A DNA stretch of 64,000 bases from an uncultured bacterium. Lineage in GTDB: Bacteria > Acidobacteriota > HRBIN11 > JAKEFK01. Below the pieces are notes generated by a model. That model did not search any database, was not told where the DNA came from, and saw only the letters and a list, made by a program, of their open reading frames with translations. Every line of letters starts with the position of its first letter. Position 1 is the first letter of the stretch. Where the stretch lies: NCBI GenBank assembly GCA_963843285.1, contig CAWJJO010000012.1, positions 60,864-124,863 of the forward strand. Reading direction: 5' to 3'. This document shows, piece after piece, positions 39,225 to 50,553 of this stretch. A program made the position numbers and the translations under genes.

Positions 39225-41314
39225 CTATTTTCGGCGCTGCTGTTGTTCGAAATTTACAAACAGTACGACTACGGAACGCGCTTCGGCTCGATACGTAAAG
39301 CCGGGAATCAAGGGAGCGGCGAGCCATGGAACGATGTCATTCGGCGAGTCAAGGGCGGTATCAATCCAACGACACCACACACTCTCGCTCCCATGATTCG
39401 CAAGCGGCAGCTCGAACGTGAGAGGCTCCCAATACGCATTCAGGATAAAGTGTACGAGCAACCCTTGCTTCCGGAGCTCTATCGTGAAGGCAATACTGTG
39501 CGAATGTGGATTCCAATCCGGCTGGTTCAGCTTGACACCATGCCATGCCTTATTCCCTTGCAGGATTAATTGATTCAGACTCAAACGTTGCCGCTCGTGT
39601 TCGACATCCCGCAGCAGCCGTCGCTCGTTCAGCAGTGTCACAAACCGGTGCATATCGGCATGTCTTGTGACCATGGACCAATCGAACCAATTCGTGTCGT
39701 CATCCAAACAATATGCGTTATTGTTTCCGAACTGCGTTCGTCGCACTTCATCGCCCATCAGAATCATAGGCATCCCAAGCGAGAGCAGCATCACAGTCAG
39801 GAAATTCTTGACCTGCCGGTTTCGCAGTTTCTCCACTGCAGGATATCGGTCGGTCCCTCAACGCCGCAATTCCAACTTCGATTATCGTTTGCGCCGTCAC
39901 GGTTGTCTTCGCCGTTGGCTTCGTTGTGCTTCGAGTTGTACGAAACGAGGTCGTTGAGCGTGAATCCATCATGACAGGTCACGAAGTTGATGCTTTGCTC
40001 CGGCTCACGATCCTCATGACCGAAGATCTCCGGGCTTCCGATCAAGCGGTCCGCGAAACTCGCGACCGACCCTTCAGCGCTGCGAAAGAAATCGCGGGCA
40101 TCGTCCCGAAACCGCCCGTTCCATTCTTTCCAACTATCGCCTATAAACGAACCAACTTGATACAGACCTGCAGCATCCCATGCTTCCGCGATCAGTTTGG
40201 TTCCAACCAGGTAGGGATCCGATTCAATGTCCCAAAGGATTGGCGGATTCTTCAGTGGTTGGCCGGTCTCATCGCGAGTAAGGATCGAAGCGAGGTCGAA
40301 CCGAAAACCGTCTACATGCATTTCCTGCACCCAGTATCGGAGGCTATCCATTATCAAACGGCGGACGATCGGATGATTTGCATTCAAGGTGTTCCCGGTA
40401 CCGGTGTAGTTGCTATACAAGGACCGGTCTTGCTCCAGAATGTAGTAGGCGTCGTTCTCCAAACCTCGATAGCAAAGAGTTGGCCCTTCTTGATTCCCTT
40501 CAGCAGTATGGTTGTAAACCACATCAAGTACGACTTCAATGCCGGCACGATGAAGAGCCTTCACCATATCGCGAAACTCGAACACCGGACCCGTAAGTTC
40601 CTTGCGGGAACTGTACTCCGCGTGCGGCGCAAAGAAGGAGACGGGGCTGTAGCCCCAATAATTGAGATGGCCGGGAGAGCAATCTTGAGGGTCGAACTGA
40701 AAAACAGGAAGCAACTCCACTGCGGTGATGCCGAGGTCCTTAAGGTAAGGAATCTTTTCAATCAATCCTGCATAGGTACCGCGTTTCTCTGATGCCACAC
40801 CTGAATTCGGATTGCGGGTAAAGCCTCCGACATGCATTTCGTAGATCACACTGTTCGCGGAGGGTCGCTTCAGCGGCGCATCCCCTTGCCAGTCGTATTG
40901 TCGCAGATCTACAACTACACTTTTCATTGCGGTTGCACAATTATCGCCCGGCCTGGATGCCGCGATGCGGTTGTAGTTTTCAGGAACAGCTACAGCCCTA
41001 GCGTAAGGATCAAAAAGGACCTTCTCGCGATCAAAACGAAGCCCTTGTTGCGGCTCAAACGGTCCAATTGCGCGGTAGCCGTAGATCTGCCCGGATTGGA
41101 GTCCGGGAACAAAGACGTGCCGGTAATGATGCGTGCGGTTCATCCATGAATCCAGGGGAATCACGATCGCAGGCTTCGCATCATCGACGTTCTCGAACAG
41201 CAGTAGTTCTACGATTTTGCTGGTTTTCGAGAATACGCTGAAGTTGACGCCATCCGGATAGACAGTTGCTCCAAGCGGGAAACTTTTTCCCGGTGCGACT
41301 AATTTGCTTCGCAT
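39225..41314 (-). CDS. glgX: Glycogen debranching enzyme GlgX (one frameshift)
   Basis: Track ORFs 39797..41482 and 39225..39836. The likely start is the ATG at 41314 (MRSKLVAPGKSFPLGATVYPDGVNF), just after the xfp stop. GH13 motifs present: VVLDVVYNHT, GFRFDLAS, EAWD, FVTCHDGFTL. Junction GPTD[I]/PAVEKLRNRQ at about 39833-39838 (net -1 or +2). Confidence 0.9.
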
Positions 41315-41330
41315 TCTCGCACTACAAGTT

Positions 41331-43781
41331 TCAGACGTTGTCCGCTTCGGTGGAGGCTGCGCGCTTCGCAACGGGAGCACGCTCACCCCATTGCCAGCCG
41401 GTGATCTCAGGCATGTCATCACCATACCTTTCGATATATTGTTTGTGCTCCAGCAGCCTGTCGCGAATCGCCTGTTTGGCATACGCGGCTCTGGCTCCCA
41501 GTAACGGCACTCGATCGATTACATCAGCCACCAGATGGAATCGGTCCATTTCATTCAGTACGCACATATCGAACGGCGTAGTTGTGGTTCCTTCCTCTTT
41601 ATACCCGCGAACATGCAGACTTTTGTGGTTTGTACGCCGGTAGGTGAGCCGATGGATCAACCATGGATAACCATGGAATGCGAAGACGATCGGCTTGTCC
41701 TTCGTAAACAGGGCATCGAAATCCTGATCCGACAGGCCATGAGGGTGCTCGCTGGACGGCTGCAGTTTCATAAGATTCACGACATTGATAACACGGACCT
41801 TCAATTCGGGGAGATGCTCCCGCATGATATCCACAGCGGCCAGAGTTTCCAATGTTGGGACATCACCGCAACAGGCCATCACCACATCAGGTTCGCTCCC
41901 TTTATCATTGCTGGCCCACTCCCAGATCCCGATTCCCGCCGTACAATGCTTGATGGCCTCGTTCATGTCCAGCCACTGCGGAGCCGGTTGTTTGCCGGCG
42001 ACCACGACGTTGACATAGTTACGGCTTCGGAGACAATGATCCGTCACAGACAAAAGCGTATTCGCGTCCGGCGGCAGATAGACTCGCACAACATCCGCTT
42101 TCTTGTTTACAACGTGATCGATAAATCCTGGATCCTGATGACTGAATCCATTATGATCCTGCCGCCAGACATGGGAGCTGAGCAGATAGTTCAGTGAAGC
42201 GATCGGCCGGCGCCAGGGAATATGGTGGCAAACTTTCAGCCATTTCGCATGCTGATTGAACATCGAATCGATGATGTGGATAAAAGCTTCGTAGCAGGAA
42301 AAGAAACCGTGTCTTCCGGTTAGCAGATAGCCTTCCAACCAACCCTGGCACTGATGCTCGCTGAGCACTTCCATTACGCGCCCATCGGGGGCCAAATGGT
42401 CATCGTACGGATATTGTTCGGCCATCCAGGCTCGATTGGTAACTTCCATTGCATCCTGCCAGCGGTTCGAGTTGTTCTCATCCGGACTAAATAAACGAAA
42501 ATTACGGCTCTCCATATTTAGTTTCATTATGTCGCGAAGAAACTTTCCCATGAGTCGAGTGGATTCGGCCATGGCCGCGCCAGGCTTCGTGACCTTGACG
42601 GCATAGTCACGGAAATCGGGCATCCGCAGATCTCGAAGCAGCAGACCTCCGTTCGTATGCGGATTGGCGCTCATGCGGCGCTCTCCTTTCGGCGCGAGTT
42701 CGGCGATTTCGGGTCTTAGCCGCCCCGTCTGATCAAACAACTCATTCGGCTTATAGCTCTTCATCCATTTCTCAAGAAGTTTCACATGCTCCGGCTTTTC
42801 GTGCATTTCTCCCATTGGTACCTGATGGCTCCGCCAGTAGTCTTCGGTCTTTTTGCCGTCAATCTCCTTCGGGCAAGTCCATCCCTTGGGAGAACGAAAG
42901 ATGATCATCGGCCAGCGTGGACGCTGCTTGACACCGTTCTTCCGCGCTTTGGTCTGGATACTGCGGATCTCATCAAGACAGATGTCCAGTGTAGACGCCA
43001 TGAGCTGGTGCATCTTGGTTGGCTCGTGTCCTTCTACGAAATAAGGGTTGTAACCGTAACCGCGGAATAGCTGCTCCAACTCCTCCTTGCTGATTCGCGC
43101 GAGCACTGTTGGATTGGCGATCTTGTAACCATTCAGATGTAGGATCGGAAGCACCGCTCCATCGGAGACAGGATTCAGAAACTTGTTGGAATGCCATGAA
43201 GTCGCGAGTGGTCCGGTCTCAGCTTCACCATCCCCGACAACGCAAGCGACAATCAAATTGGGATTGTCGAATGCTGCGCCATAAGAGTGAGAGACAGCAT
43301 AACCCAATTCGCCACCTTCATGTATCGATCCAGGTGTCTCGGGCGCTACGTGACTGGGGATGCCTCCGGGGAATGAAAACTGTTTGAACAACCGCTTCAT
43401 GCCCTCTTCGTCCTGGGAAATATTTGGATAGACTTCGCTGTATGTGCTTTCCAAATACGCATTCGCGACCAAACCCGGTCCACCATGCCCGGGACCGGTG
43501 ATGTAGAGCATGCTAAGATCCAATTTCTTGATTACGCGATTTAGATGTACATATATGAAATTCAGGCCCGGTGTGGTACCCCAGTGACCGAGCAGCCTTG
43601 GCTTCACATGCTCTTTACGCAACGGCGTTTTGAGAAGCGGGTTATCATACAGATAAATCTGTCCGACTGAGAGATAATTCGCGGCGCGCCAGTAGGCATC
43701 CATCACATTGAGTTCTTTCTCCGACAAAGAATTCTTCATGATCTTCTCCTTTTTTTTCATACCGGTGCCTCCATCCTGCAA
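41331..43781 (-). CDS. xfp: Phosphoketolase (xylulose-5-P/fructose-6-P phosphoketolase)
   Basis: 816 aa. [32 protein letters not shown] and overall length are typical of Xfp. In-frame ATGs at 43760 and 43739 carry better SDs (GGAGG / AAGGAG) and may be the real start. Confidence 0.93.
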   Translation of the reverse strand: MQDGGTGMKKKEKIMKNSLSEKELNVMDAYWRAANYLSVGQIYLYDNPLLKTPLRKEHVKPRLLGHWGTTPGLNFIYVHLNRVIKKLDLSMLYITGPGHGGPGLVANAYLESTYSEVYPNISQDEEGMKRLFKQFSFPGGIPSHVAPETPGSIHEGGELGYAVSHSYGAAFDNPNLIVACVVGDGEAETGPLATSWHSNKFLNPVSDGAVLPILHLNGYKIANPTVLARISKEELEQLFRGYGYNPYFVEGHEPTKMHQLMASTLDICLDEIRSIQTKARKNGVKQRPRWPMIIFRSPKGWTCPKEIDGKKTEDYWRSHQVPMGEMHEKPEHVKLLEKWMKSYKPNELFDQTGRLRPEIAELAPKGERRMSANPHTNGGLLLRDLRMPDFRDYAVKVTKPGAAMAESTRLMGKFLRDIMKLNMESRNFRLFSPDENNSNRWQDAMEVTNRAWMAEQYPYDDHLAPDGRVMEVLSEHQCQGWLEGYLLTGRHGFFSCYEAFIHIIDSMFNQHAKWLKVCHHIPWRRPIASLNYLLSSHVWRQDHNGFSHQDPGFIDHVVNKKADVVRVYLPPDANTLLSVTDHCLRSRNYVNVVVAGKQPAPQWLDMNEAIKHCTAGIGIWEWASNDKGSEPDVVMACCGDVPTLETLAAVDIMREHLPELKVRVINVVNLMKLQPSSEHPHGLSDQDFDALFTKDKPIVFAFHGYPWLIHRLTYRRTNHKSLHVRGYKEEGTTTTPFDMCVLNEMDRFHLVADVIDRVPLLGARAAYAKQAIRDRLLEHKQYIERYGDDMPEITGWQWGERAPVAKRAASTEADNV

Positions 43782-43908
43782 CGTTCAAAAGCCCAGGGAG
43801 TATCCTTACATAGAAATGCAAATATGAGGCCACGACCGGAAAGGTCCATCGATGATTCTGCTAAGTGTTTAGAAGCGCAACGCTTATTCGGTTTCGGAAA
43901 TCAGTGAA

Positions 43909-43936
43909 TTGACCTTTCGCGAATTTTTCATAAAAT
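43909..43936 (+). promoter_or_regulatory. Candidate sigma70-type promoter for the GH63-like gene
   Basis: TTGACC (43909-43914), 16-nt spacer, TAAAAT (43931-43936), about 150 nt upstream of the ATG at 44089. Sequence match only. Confidence 0.3.
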
Positions 43937-43953
43937 ACGAAATCAAGTAGTTA

Positions 43954-43969
43954 CTCCGGTATTACGGAG
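43954..43969. promoter_or_regulatory. 16-bp inverted-repeat motif CTCCGGTATTACGGAG, copy 2
   Basis: Matches 15 of 16 positions of the copy at 5237-5252. It lies about 15 nt downstream of the candidate -10 element. Confidence 0.3.
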
Positions 43970-44088
43970 GAATTGAGACCAGTGGCAGGAGCAGTGGCCC
44001 TAAACAACGTCGGGGAAACGCTGCATGGAAGCAAGGTCTTCGTGGCACATTAGTTGCTCTTAAAGCACGATAACAAAACGGAGGAGTT

Positions 44089-46834
44089 ATGCCCGAACAA
44101 AAAATTGTCGACGTTACAGAGCAAAAGCGGCTAAATGAAGCACGAGAGGAAGGTATCCCGTGGAAGAAATGGGGGCCTTACCTCAGCGAAAGGCAATGGG
44201 GAACGGTCCGTGAGGACTACAGCGAAGATGGAAATGCGTGGGGTTATTTCACTCATGACCAGTCGCGCTCCCGCGCCTACCGGTGGGGCGAAGACGGTTT
44301 GGGTGGAATCTGCGATGAGAAACAGCGGTTGTGCTTTGCCCTTGCCCTTTGGAATGAGCACGACCCCATACTGAAAGAACGTCTGTACGGACTGACAAAT
44401 AGTGAAGCAAATCACGGAGAGGACGTAAAAGAGTATTACTTTTATATCGATAGCACACCTACGCACTCCTATATGAAGTACTTATACAAGTACCCGCAGA
44501 AGGAGTATCCATACGGGAAGTTGATTGATGAGAACAGGGGGCGATCGCGCGAAGAGTTTGAGTATGAGCTGCTCGACACGGGAGTGTTTGACGACAATCG
44601 GTATTTCGATGTGTTCCTGGAGTACGCCAAACAAGGACCTGAAGATATTCTAATTCGGGTAACTGTCCACAATCGCGGGCCGGAAGCGGCCCGGCTTCGT
44701 CTGTTGCCTACATTGTGGTTCCGGAACACGTGGTCATGGGGTGAAGATAATCGAAAGCCTTCGATCCGCGAAGTCGCGCCCGGCGCGATTTGCGCGTCGC
44801 ACCATGAGCTTGGCGAAAACTGGCTGTATTGCGACGGCGGTCCTGAGCTGCTGTTCACGGAAAACGAATCAAATGCGCAACATCTCTGGGGGCAGCCCAA
44901 TTCTTCTCCATACGTCAAGGATGCATTTCATCGATACATCGTTTCGAAAGACGCGGGCGCGGTGAATCCCGCTCGCGTAGGAACTAAGGCCGCTGCTCAT
45001 TACTTGCTTGATGTCCCTGCCGGGGGGAGTCAAACAGTCCGGCTGCGGCTCACATCCAATCCCGTGGATCATGCCTTTAAAGACTTCGAGAAGGTGTTCA
45101 AAGCCCGGATCGGAGACGCTGACGAATTTTACGAAAGGATCACACCACAATCGCTGACAGAAGATGAGCAACGCGTTCACCGTCAGGCGCTGGCAGGAAT
45201 GATGTGGGGCAAGCAGTTTTACCACTTCGATCTGGAGAAATGGCTGAGCGAGCACAAGAGTCATCCGCTACTGGAATCTGCCAAGCACGGTGTGCGGAAC
45301 ACAGAGTGGTTCCACATGCTAAATGCCGACATCATCTCGATGCCGGACAAGTGGGAGTACCCGTGGTATGCCGCCTGGGATCTGGCTTTTCATACTGTCA
45401 CCCTGGCCCTGGTCGACTTCGATTTTGCCAAAGAACAGCTTCTGCTCATGCTGCGCAGTCTCTATTTTCATCCCAATGGTCAGATTCCCGCCTATGAGTG
45501 GAACTTCAGCGATGTGAATCCCCCGGTACATGCGTTTGCCACCCTGTACCTGTACAGGATGGAGAAGGTACTTGGCCGGGCGGACATTCGTTTTCTCGAA
45601 CGATCATTCCAGGGTTTGATGCTGAACTTTAACTGGTGGGTGAACCGAAAGGACCCATCCGGCCGCAACGTTTTTGCCGGAGGATTTCTGGGGCTGGACA
45701 ACATCGGGGTATTCGACCGCAGCGCGCAACTTCCGACGGGCGGATCGCTGGAACAGGCCGACGGGACGGCATGGATGGCCTTTTATTGCCAGTGCATGCT
45801 GGAAATGGCGCTGATCCTGAGCGAATACGATCCGATGTACGAAGACGTCGCCTTCAAGTTCGTCCAGCATTTCATGTGGATTTCCTACGCCATGGACCGC
45901 ATTGGCGAGCATCATGACGAAATGTGGGACGAACAGGACGGGTTTTTCTATGATCTGTTGCGACTGCCGGACGGGCAGGCAATGCGTTTGAAGGTACGAT
46001 CGTTGGTGGGACTGCTGCCGCTGTGCGCTTCTACAGTATTCGAGGCGGATGCTGCAACACGATTTCCAAGACTGCAGGAAATGATAATGCTATTCCGGAA
46101 ACGTCATCCGGAATTGAGTTTCACAGGTGGCGCCGACCGACGAAGGGCTTCATTGGATATAAAGGACGCCGACTTTTGTCGATCCTCAACAAGAACAAGT
46201 TGGAACGGGTGCTCGGTTACATGCTCGATGAGAATGAGTTTCTCGGGCCGCAACGGAATTCGTTCTCTCTCGAAATACCATCTGGATCATCCGTTCAGGT
46301 TCTGGGTGGGTCATGAGGAGTTCAAGGTGCAGTACCTGCCGGCCGAATCCAATACAGGAATGTTCGGCGGAAACTCCAACTGGCGGGGTCCGGTGTGGAT
46401 GCCTGTCAATATTGCTGATTGTCCGGGCGCTTTTGAACCTGTACAACTTTTACGGAGACGAGTTTAAGGTTCAATGTCCGACCGGTTCCGGCAAGTACAT
46501 GACATCTGTTCGAAGTAGCGAAGGAAATCTCACGCCGGCTGGCGGAATTTTCTTGCGAGACGAGAATGGAAAGCGTCCTGTCTACGGAGGAACGGCGAAG
46601 TTCCAGGAAGATCCGAACTGGCGAGACCTGATCCTGTTCTATGAGTACTTCCACGGTGACAACGGAGCGGGACTTGGGGCCAGCCATCAGACAGGTTGGA
46701 CCGGTCTGGTCGCGACGCTGCTGGACACCTTTGGGCGTGTTGACGCCAAAAGAGTGCTTGAAACCGAACGTGGGAAAATGGTCGCACGGTTCGTAAAGGA
46801 GCAGGTGGGCGGACAACAAACGGAAGGTAAATGA
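44089..46834 (+). CDS. GH63-like (MGH1-like) glucosidase, about 900 aa, with several frameshifts in its last third
   Basis: Track ORFs 44089..46467 and 46313..46834. PWKKWGPYLSERQWGTVREDYS, RAYRWGEDGL, GNHGEDVKEYYFY. The C-terminal blocks lie in alternating frames: LLSILNKNKLERVLGYMLDENEFLGP, then GIRSLSKYH...FGGNSNWRGPVWMPVNI, then LLNLYNFYGDEFKVQCPTGSG, then LFEVAKEISRRLAE, then FLRDENGKRPVYGG...YFHGDNGAGLGASHQTGWTG. Confidence 0.8.
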
Positions 46835-46843
46835 GGAGGCATC

Positions 46844-48303
46844 ATGCCAGCACCAAAGTATCCTTCCCTGTACCAGGTGAACACTCGCGTTTTCCTGTCC
46901 CAACTGTCTGCTAAGTTGCGTAGACCGGCAACCCTGGACGATGTTCCGGACCATCAAATGGACGAGTGGACGGAACGTGGGTTCGATCTGATCTGGTTCC
47001 TTGGAGTATGGCAGACAGGGCCGGCGGCGCAGAAAGTATCCGCATCAAAGCCGGATTGGCTGGAGGAATACGGGCGGACACTCCCCGACTTCCGCGAATC
47101 CGACATCTGCGGCTCCTGTTTCGCGATCCGGGAATATCGCGTTCATCAGGATTTCGGCGGTGACGAAGCACTTAGCCGTCTCCGCCAAAGACTTCGCGAT
47201 CGCGGCTTGCGACTGATTCTCGATTTCGTTCCGAATCACACTGCACCCGATCATCCCTGGGTCAGCGCTCATCCGGACTACTTTGTTGGGGGAACGGAGG
47301 AACAACTGTACGCACAGCCCCAGAATTACTGCCGGATCGGAAAGCGGATTTTCGCGTACGGTCGCGATCCTTATTTTGACGGCTGGCCGGATACACTCCA
47401 GTTAAATTACGGCAACTCTTCGGTTCAAGAAGCGATGATCGGCGAAGTGCGAAGAATCGCAACTCAATGTGACGGCGTACGCTGTGACATGGCTATGCTT
47501 GTTCTGCCGGATGTTTTCGAAAGGACCTGGGGAATTCCCACGGGCTCTTCTGGCCGCGCGCCACCCGGACAATCCACGATGAGATTCCAGGCTTCCTGTT
47601 TCTTGCTGAGGTTTACTGGGATTTGGAATGGGCACTCCAACAACAGGGTTTTGACTACACGTACGACAAACGCCTTTACGACCGACTACATGAGCGAAAT
47701 GTGCGACCGGTACGCGAACATCTGATGGCAGATTTGGACTTTCAGGAGAAGAGCGTGCGTTTCCTGGAGAATCACGATGAACCGCGAGCAGCAGCGACTT
47801 TCCCACTGGAAATCCACCGGCCGGCCGCGATCATTACCTTTCTGACTCCGGGATTGCGCTTTTTTCACCAGGGACAGTTCGAGGGCAGGAAAATACGGAT
47901 CTCGGTCCACCTGGGCCGTGGACCTGCGGAACCACCGGATGATGATGTCGCTAAATTCTATGCAGCCTTGCTGGAATGCTTGAAGGATCCTGTCTTTCGC
48001 GAAGGCAACTGGCGACAACTCGAGTGTCGTCCTGCCTGGGAAGGCAACTGGAGCTGCGATTCGTTTGTGATCTATGCCTGGAGCGAAGGTAGTAGTCGCC
48101 GTCTTGTGATCGCCAATTACTCCGATCGCGCAAGCCAGTGCTATGTCACGCTTCCATGGACCGATCTTGAGGGACGTCAGTGGCAATTGAGGGACCGAAT
48201 GGGATCGGACGTCTATGAAAGGGATGGCCATGAACTCGCCACCCGAGGTTTCTACCTGGATATGCCGGCCTGGGGCTATCACCTGTTCGATGTGCAACAC
48301 TAG
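46844..48303 (+). CDS. Alpha-amylase family (GH13) glycoside hydrolase (frameshifted)
   Basis: Track ORFs 46844..47725 and 47623..48303. LILDFVPNHTA (GH13 region I), GVRCDMAM (region II), FLFLAEVYWDLEW (region III, in the second frame) and FLENHDEPR (region IV). The frame change is near 47535-47545. Confidence 0.8.
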
Positions 48304-48345
48304 TACCGTGTAACACTTGAAAACAGTGACGATAAGCGACTGAAC

Positions 48346-50511
48346 ATGGAAACCCGATCAGGTGCTCCGAATCGCTCGAGTCGCATACGCACAATTGCTG
48401 CTGCTGCGGGTAGTGTGCTCTGCCTGCTTGCGATAACCGGCTGTGTTCTGCTGGCTTACACTGCCAGAGTGTTGTTTCGTCCGGAGGTTTTTGCGGAGAA
48501 GGCTGCGGCCAGTCTCTCAGAGCCCGGTGTGGCTGCATTGCTGGCCACTCGTCTCACCGATAGCTTGATCGAACAACGGCGAGATTTGATTGCTTTCCGG
48601 CCGATCATTCTGGGTACAGCCGAATCGCTCGTCACTTCGGCGCCATTCCGCGCCATTGTCCGTCGCGCGGCGAAGACTGCCCATGAAACAATGATTTCGG
48701 AGACGGGCAAAGATATTTCGCTCTCAGTCGCTGATGCGAGTGTGATCCTGCGAAGCGCGCTTGCCACTACTCCAGAACTGGCCAAGAAAATTCCAGTCAA
48801 GGCTACAACCACCCTGGCCAGCTCGAATGAGGCGCCGGGCGGTAGAATCATTGTCAGGATCTTAAAGTCAGCGCGTAATTTGCGCATCGGTGCGCTTACG
48901 CTTTTGTTGTTCGGCCTCCTGATGGGTGCCGTGAGCTTTGTACTTGCGACGAACCGGCGACAATTCCTTCTGCGGATTGGGATCACTCTGGCTGTTATCG
49001 CCGTTATTCTTCGCCTGGCAGTTCGCTTCGGCGGTAATGGTCTGGCGTTACTTGCAAAGGACGATTTGGTCGCGGGAGCAATTGCCGGTTTGTGGCACGC
49101 CTTCCTGGGCGGCTTCATGACATGGGCACTGGTCCTTGGGGGAGTCGGCCTAGTGCTGGCGGCAGGCGTGGCCTCATTGTTTAGCCGCGTTGAGCTTCTG
49201 CAGATCGCCAACAACACATGGATCTGGCTTACAAAAACTCATGAAACTAAAAAAATGCGATTGCTGCGAGGCGTAGCTTTTCTAAGCGCCGGTATGATGG
49301 CAATTCTATCGCCTTCTTTCGTTATCACGCCTCTCACCCTGCTGTGTGGCCTGGTTGTTTTATTCATCGGGCTGCGCGAATTCTTTGGCGTCGTCTTGTT
49401 CGTGGTTCCACAACACGAACCGCAAAAAGGAGTTGTTGCGGGTGGGGGAGTTTCGATTGGCCGCATCATTGCAGTAAGCCTGATCATATTGTTGTTCACC
49501 GGCGCCGGCATTTTCTACCTGCGTTCTGGCGGCGCGGCTGCAGCAATGCCCTATCAGACCATCGATGCCTGCAATGGTTATCCCGAACTTTGCGACCGCC
49601 GCCTCAATGAGGTAGTTTTGCCGGCCGCACACAATGCGATGTCGTCTGTCGATATATCGGACTGGATGTTTCCGCAACAGGAAAAAAGCATCCCGGGACA
49701 ACTGCAGGATGGCATTCGGGGGTTCCTGATTGATGCGCATTATGGCGCCCCCACCGCCGGTTACGTGAAAACACTTCTGGAAGATGAGGTCACGGCGCGA
49801 AAAAAATATGAAGCCTTTCTGGGAAAGGAAGGGATGGATGCCGCCATGCGCATCAGGGATCGGCTCGTAGGTGAGAAGGAAGGGGATCGTGGCATTTACT
49901 TATGTCACGGATTTTGTGAGCTGGGAGCATCACCATTGATTCCGATGCTGCAGCAGATGCGCGAGTTTTTGCTGATGAATCCGAACGATGTAATCATCCT
50001 GGTGATTCAAGATGAAGACGTCGCACCAAAGGATATCGAAAAATGTTTTCTGGAGAGCGGTCTGGTTGATTTCGTTTATCGCGGCGCATTGGGACCACCG
50101 TGGCCGACGTTGCGCAAAATGATTGCGAGTGATCAACGGGTGGTTGTGTTCGCTGAAAATAATAGCGCTGGAGTTCCCTGGTACCATCAGGCTTACGATT
50201 CGATTCAGGAAACTCCTTACAAGTTTCATAAACCCGAAGATTTCTCATGCCGGCCGAATCGCGGCAACAAATCCTGTTCGCTGTTTTTGATCAATCACTG
50301 GATCGAAACTGCGCCCGCACCCAAGCCGAGTAATGCGGAAATAGTCAATGCGTACGATTTCTTACTTCACCGAGCGCAGCAATGCCGGCGGGAGCGCGGG
50401 ATGCTGCCTAACTTGCTTGCAGTCGATTTTTATGGAACCGGCGATTTACTGAAAGTCGTTGAAACCTTGAATGGCATCACTAAACCCAAGTCGCCGGAGC
50501 TCAACAAATGA
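48346..50511 (+). CDS. Polytopic membrane protein with a C-terminal PI-PLC X-domain-like (PLC-like phosphodiesterase) domain
   Basis: 721 aa. About 400 aa with multiple TM helices, then NGYPELCDRRLNEVVLPAAHNAMSS...GIRGFLIDAHY...LFLINHW...LLAVDFY, resembling PLC-like phosphodiesterase (TIM barrel) proteins. Confidence 0.55.
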   Translation: METRSGAPNRSSRIRTIAAAAGSVLCLLAITGCVLLAYTARVLFRPEVFAEKAAASLSEPGVAALLATRLTDSLIEQRRDLIAFRPIILGTAESLVTSAPFRAIVRRAAKTAHETMISETGKDISLSVADASVILRSALATTPELAKKIPVKATTTLASSNEAPGGRIIVRILKSARNLRIGALTLLLFGLLMGAVSFVLATNRRQFLLRIGITLAVIAVILRLAVRFGGNGLALLAKDDLVAGAIAGLWHAFLGGFMTWALVLGGVGLVLAAGVASLFSRVELLQIANNTWIWLTKTHETKKMRLLRGVAFLSAGMMAILSPSFVITPLTLLCGLVVLFIGLREFFGVVLFVVPQHEPQKGVVAGGGVSIGRIIAVSLIILLFTGAGIFYLRSGGAAAAMPYQTIDACNGYPELCDRRLNEVVLPAAHNAMSSVDISDWMFPQQEKSIPGQLQDGIRGFLIDAHYGAPTAGYVKTLLEDEVTARKKYEAFLGKEGMDAAMRIRDRLVGEKEGDRGIYLCHGFCELGASPLIPMLQQMREFLLMNPNDVIILVIQDEDVAPKDIEKCFLESGLVDFVYRGALGPPWPTLRKMIASDQRVVVFAENNSAGVPWYHQAYDSIQETPYKFHKPEDFSCRPNRGNKSCSLFLINHWIETAPAPKPSNAEIVNAYDFLLHRAQQCRRERGMLPNLLAVDFYGTGDLLKVVETLNGITKPKSPELNK

Positions 50512-50553
50512 CCGGGTGCATCGGCTGAAGTTTGTAGTAGTCGAATTCAATCG

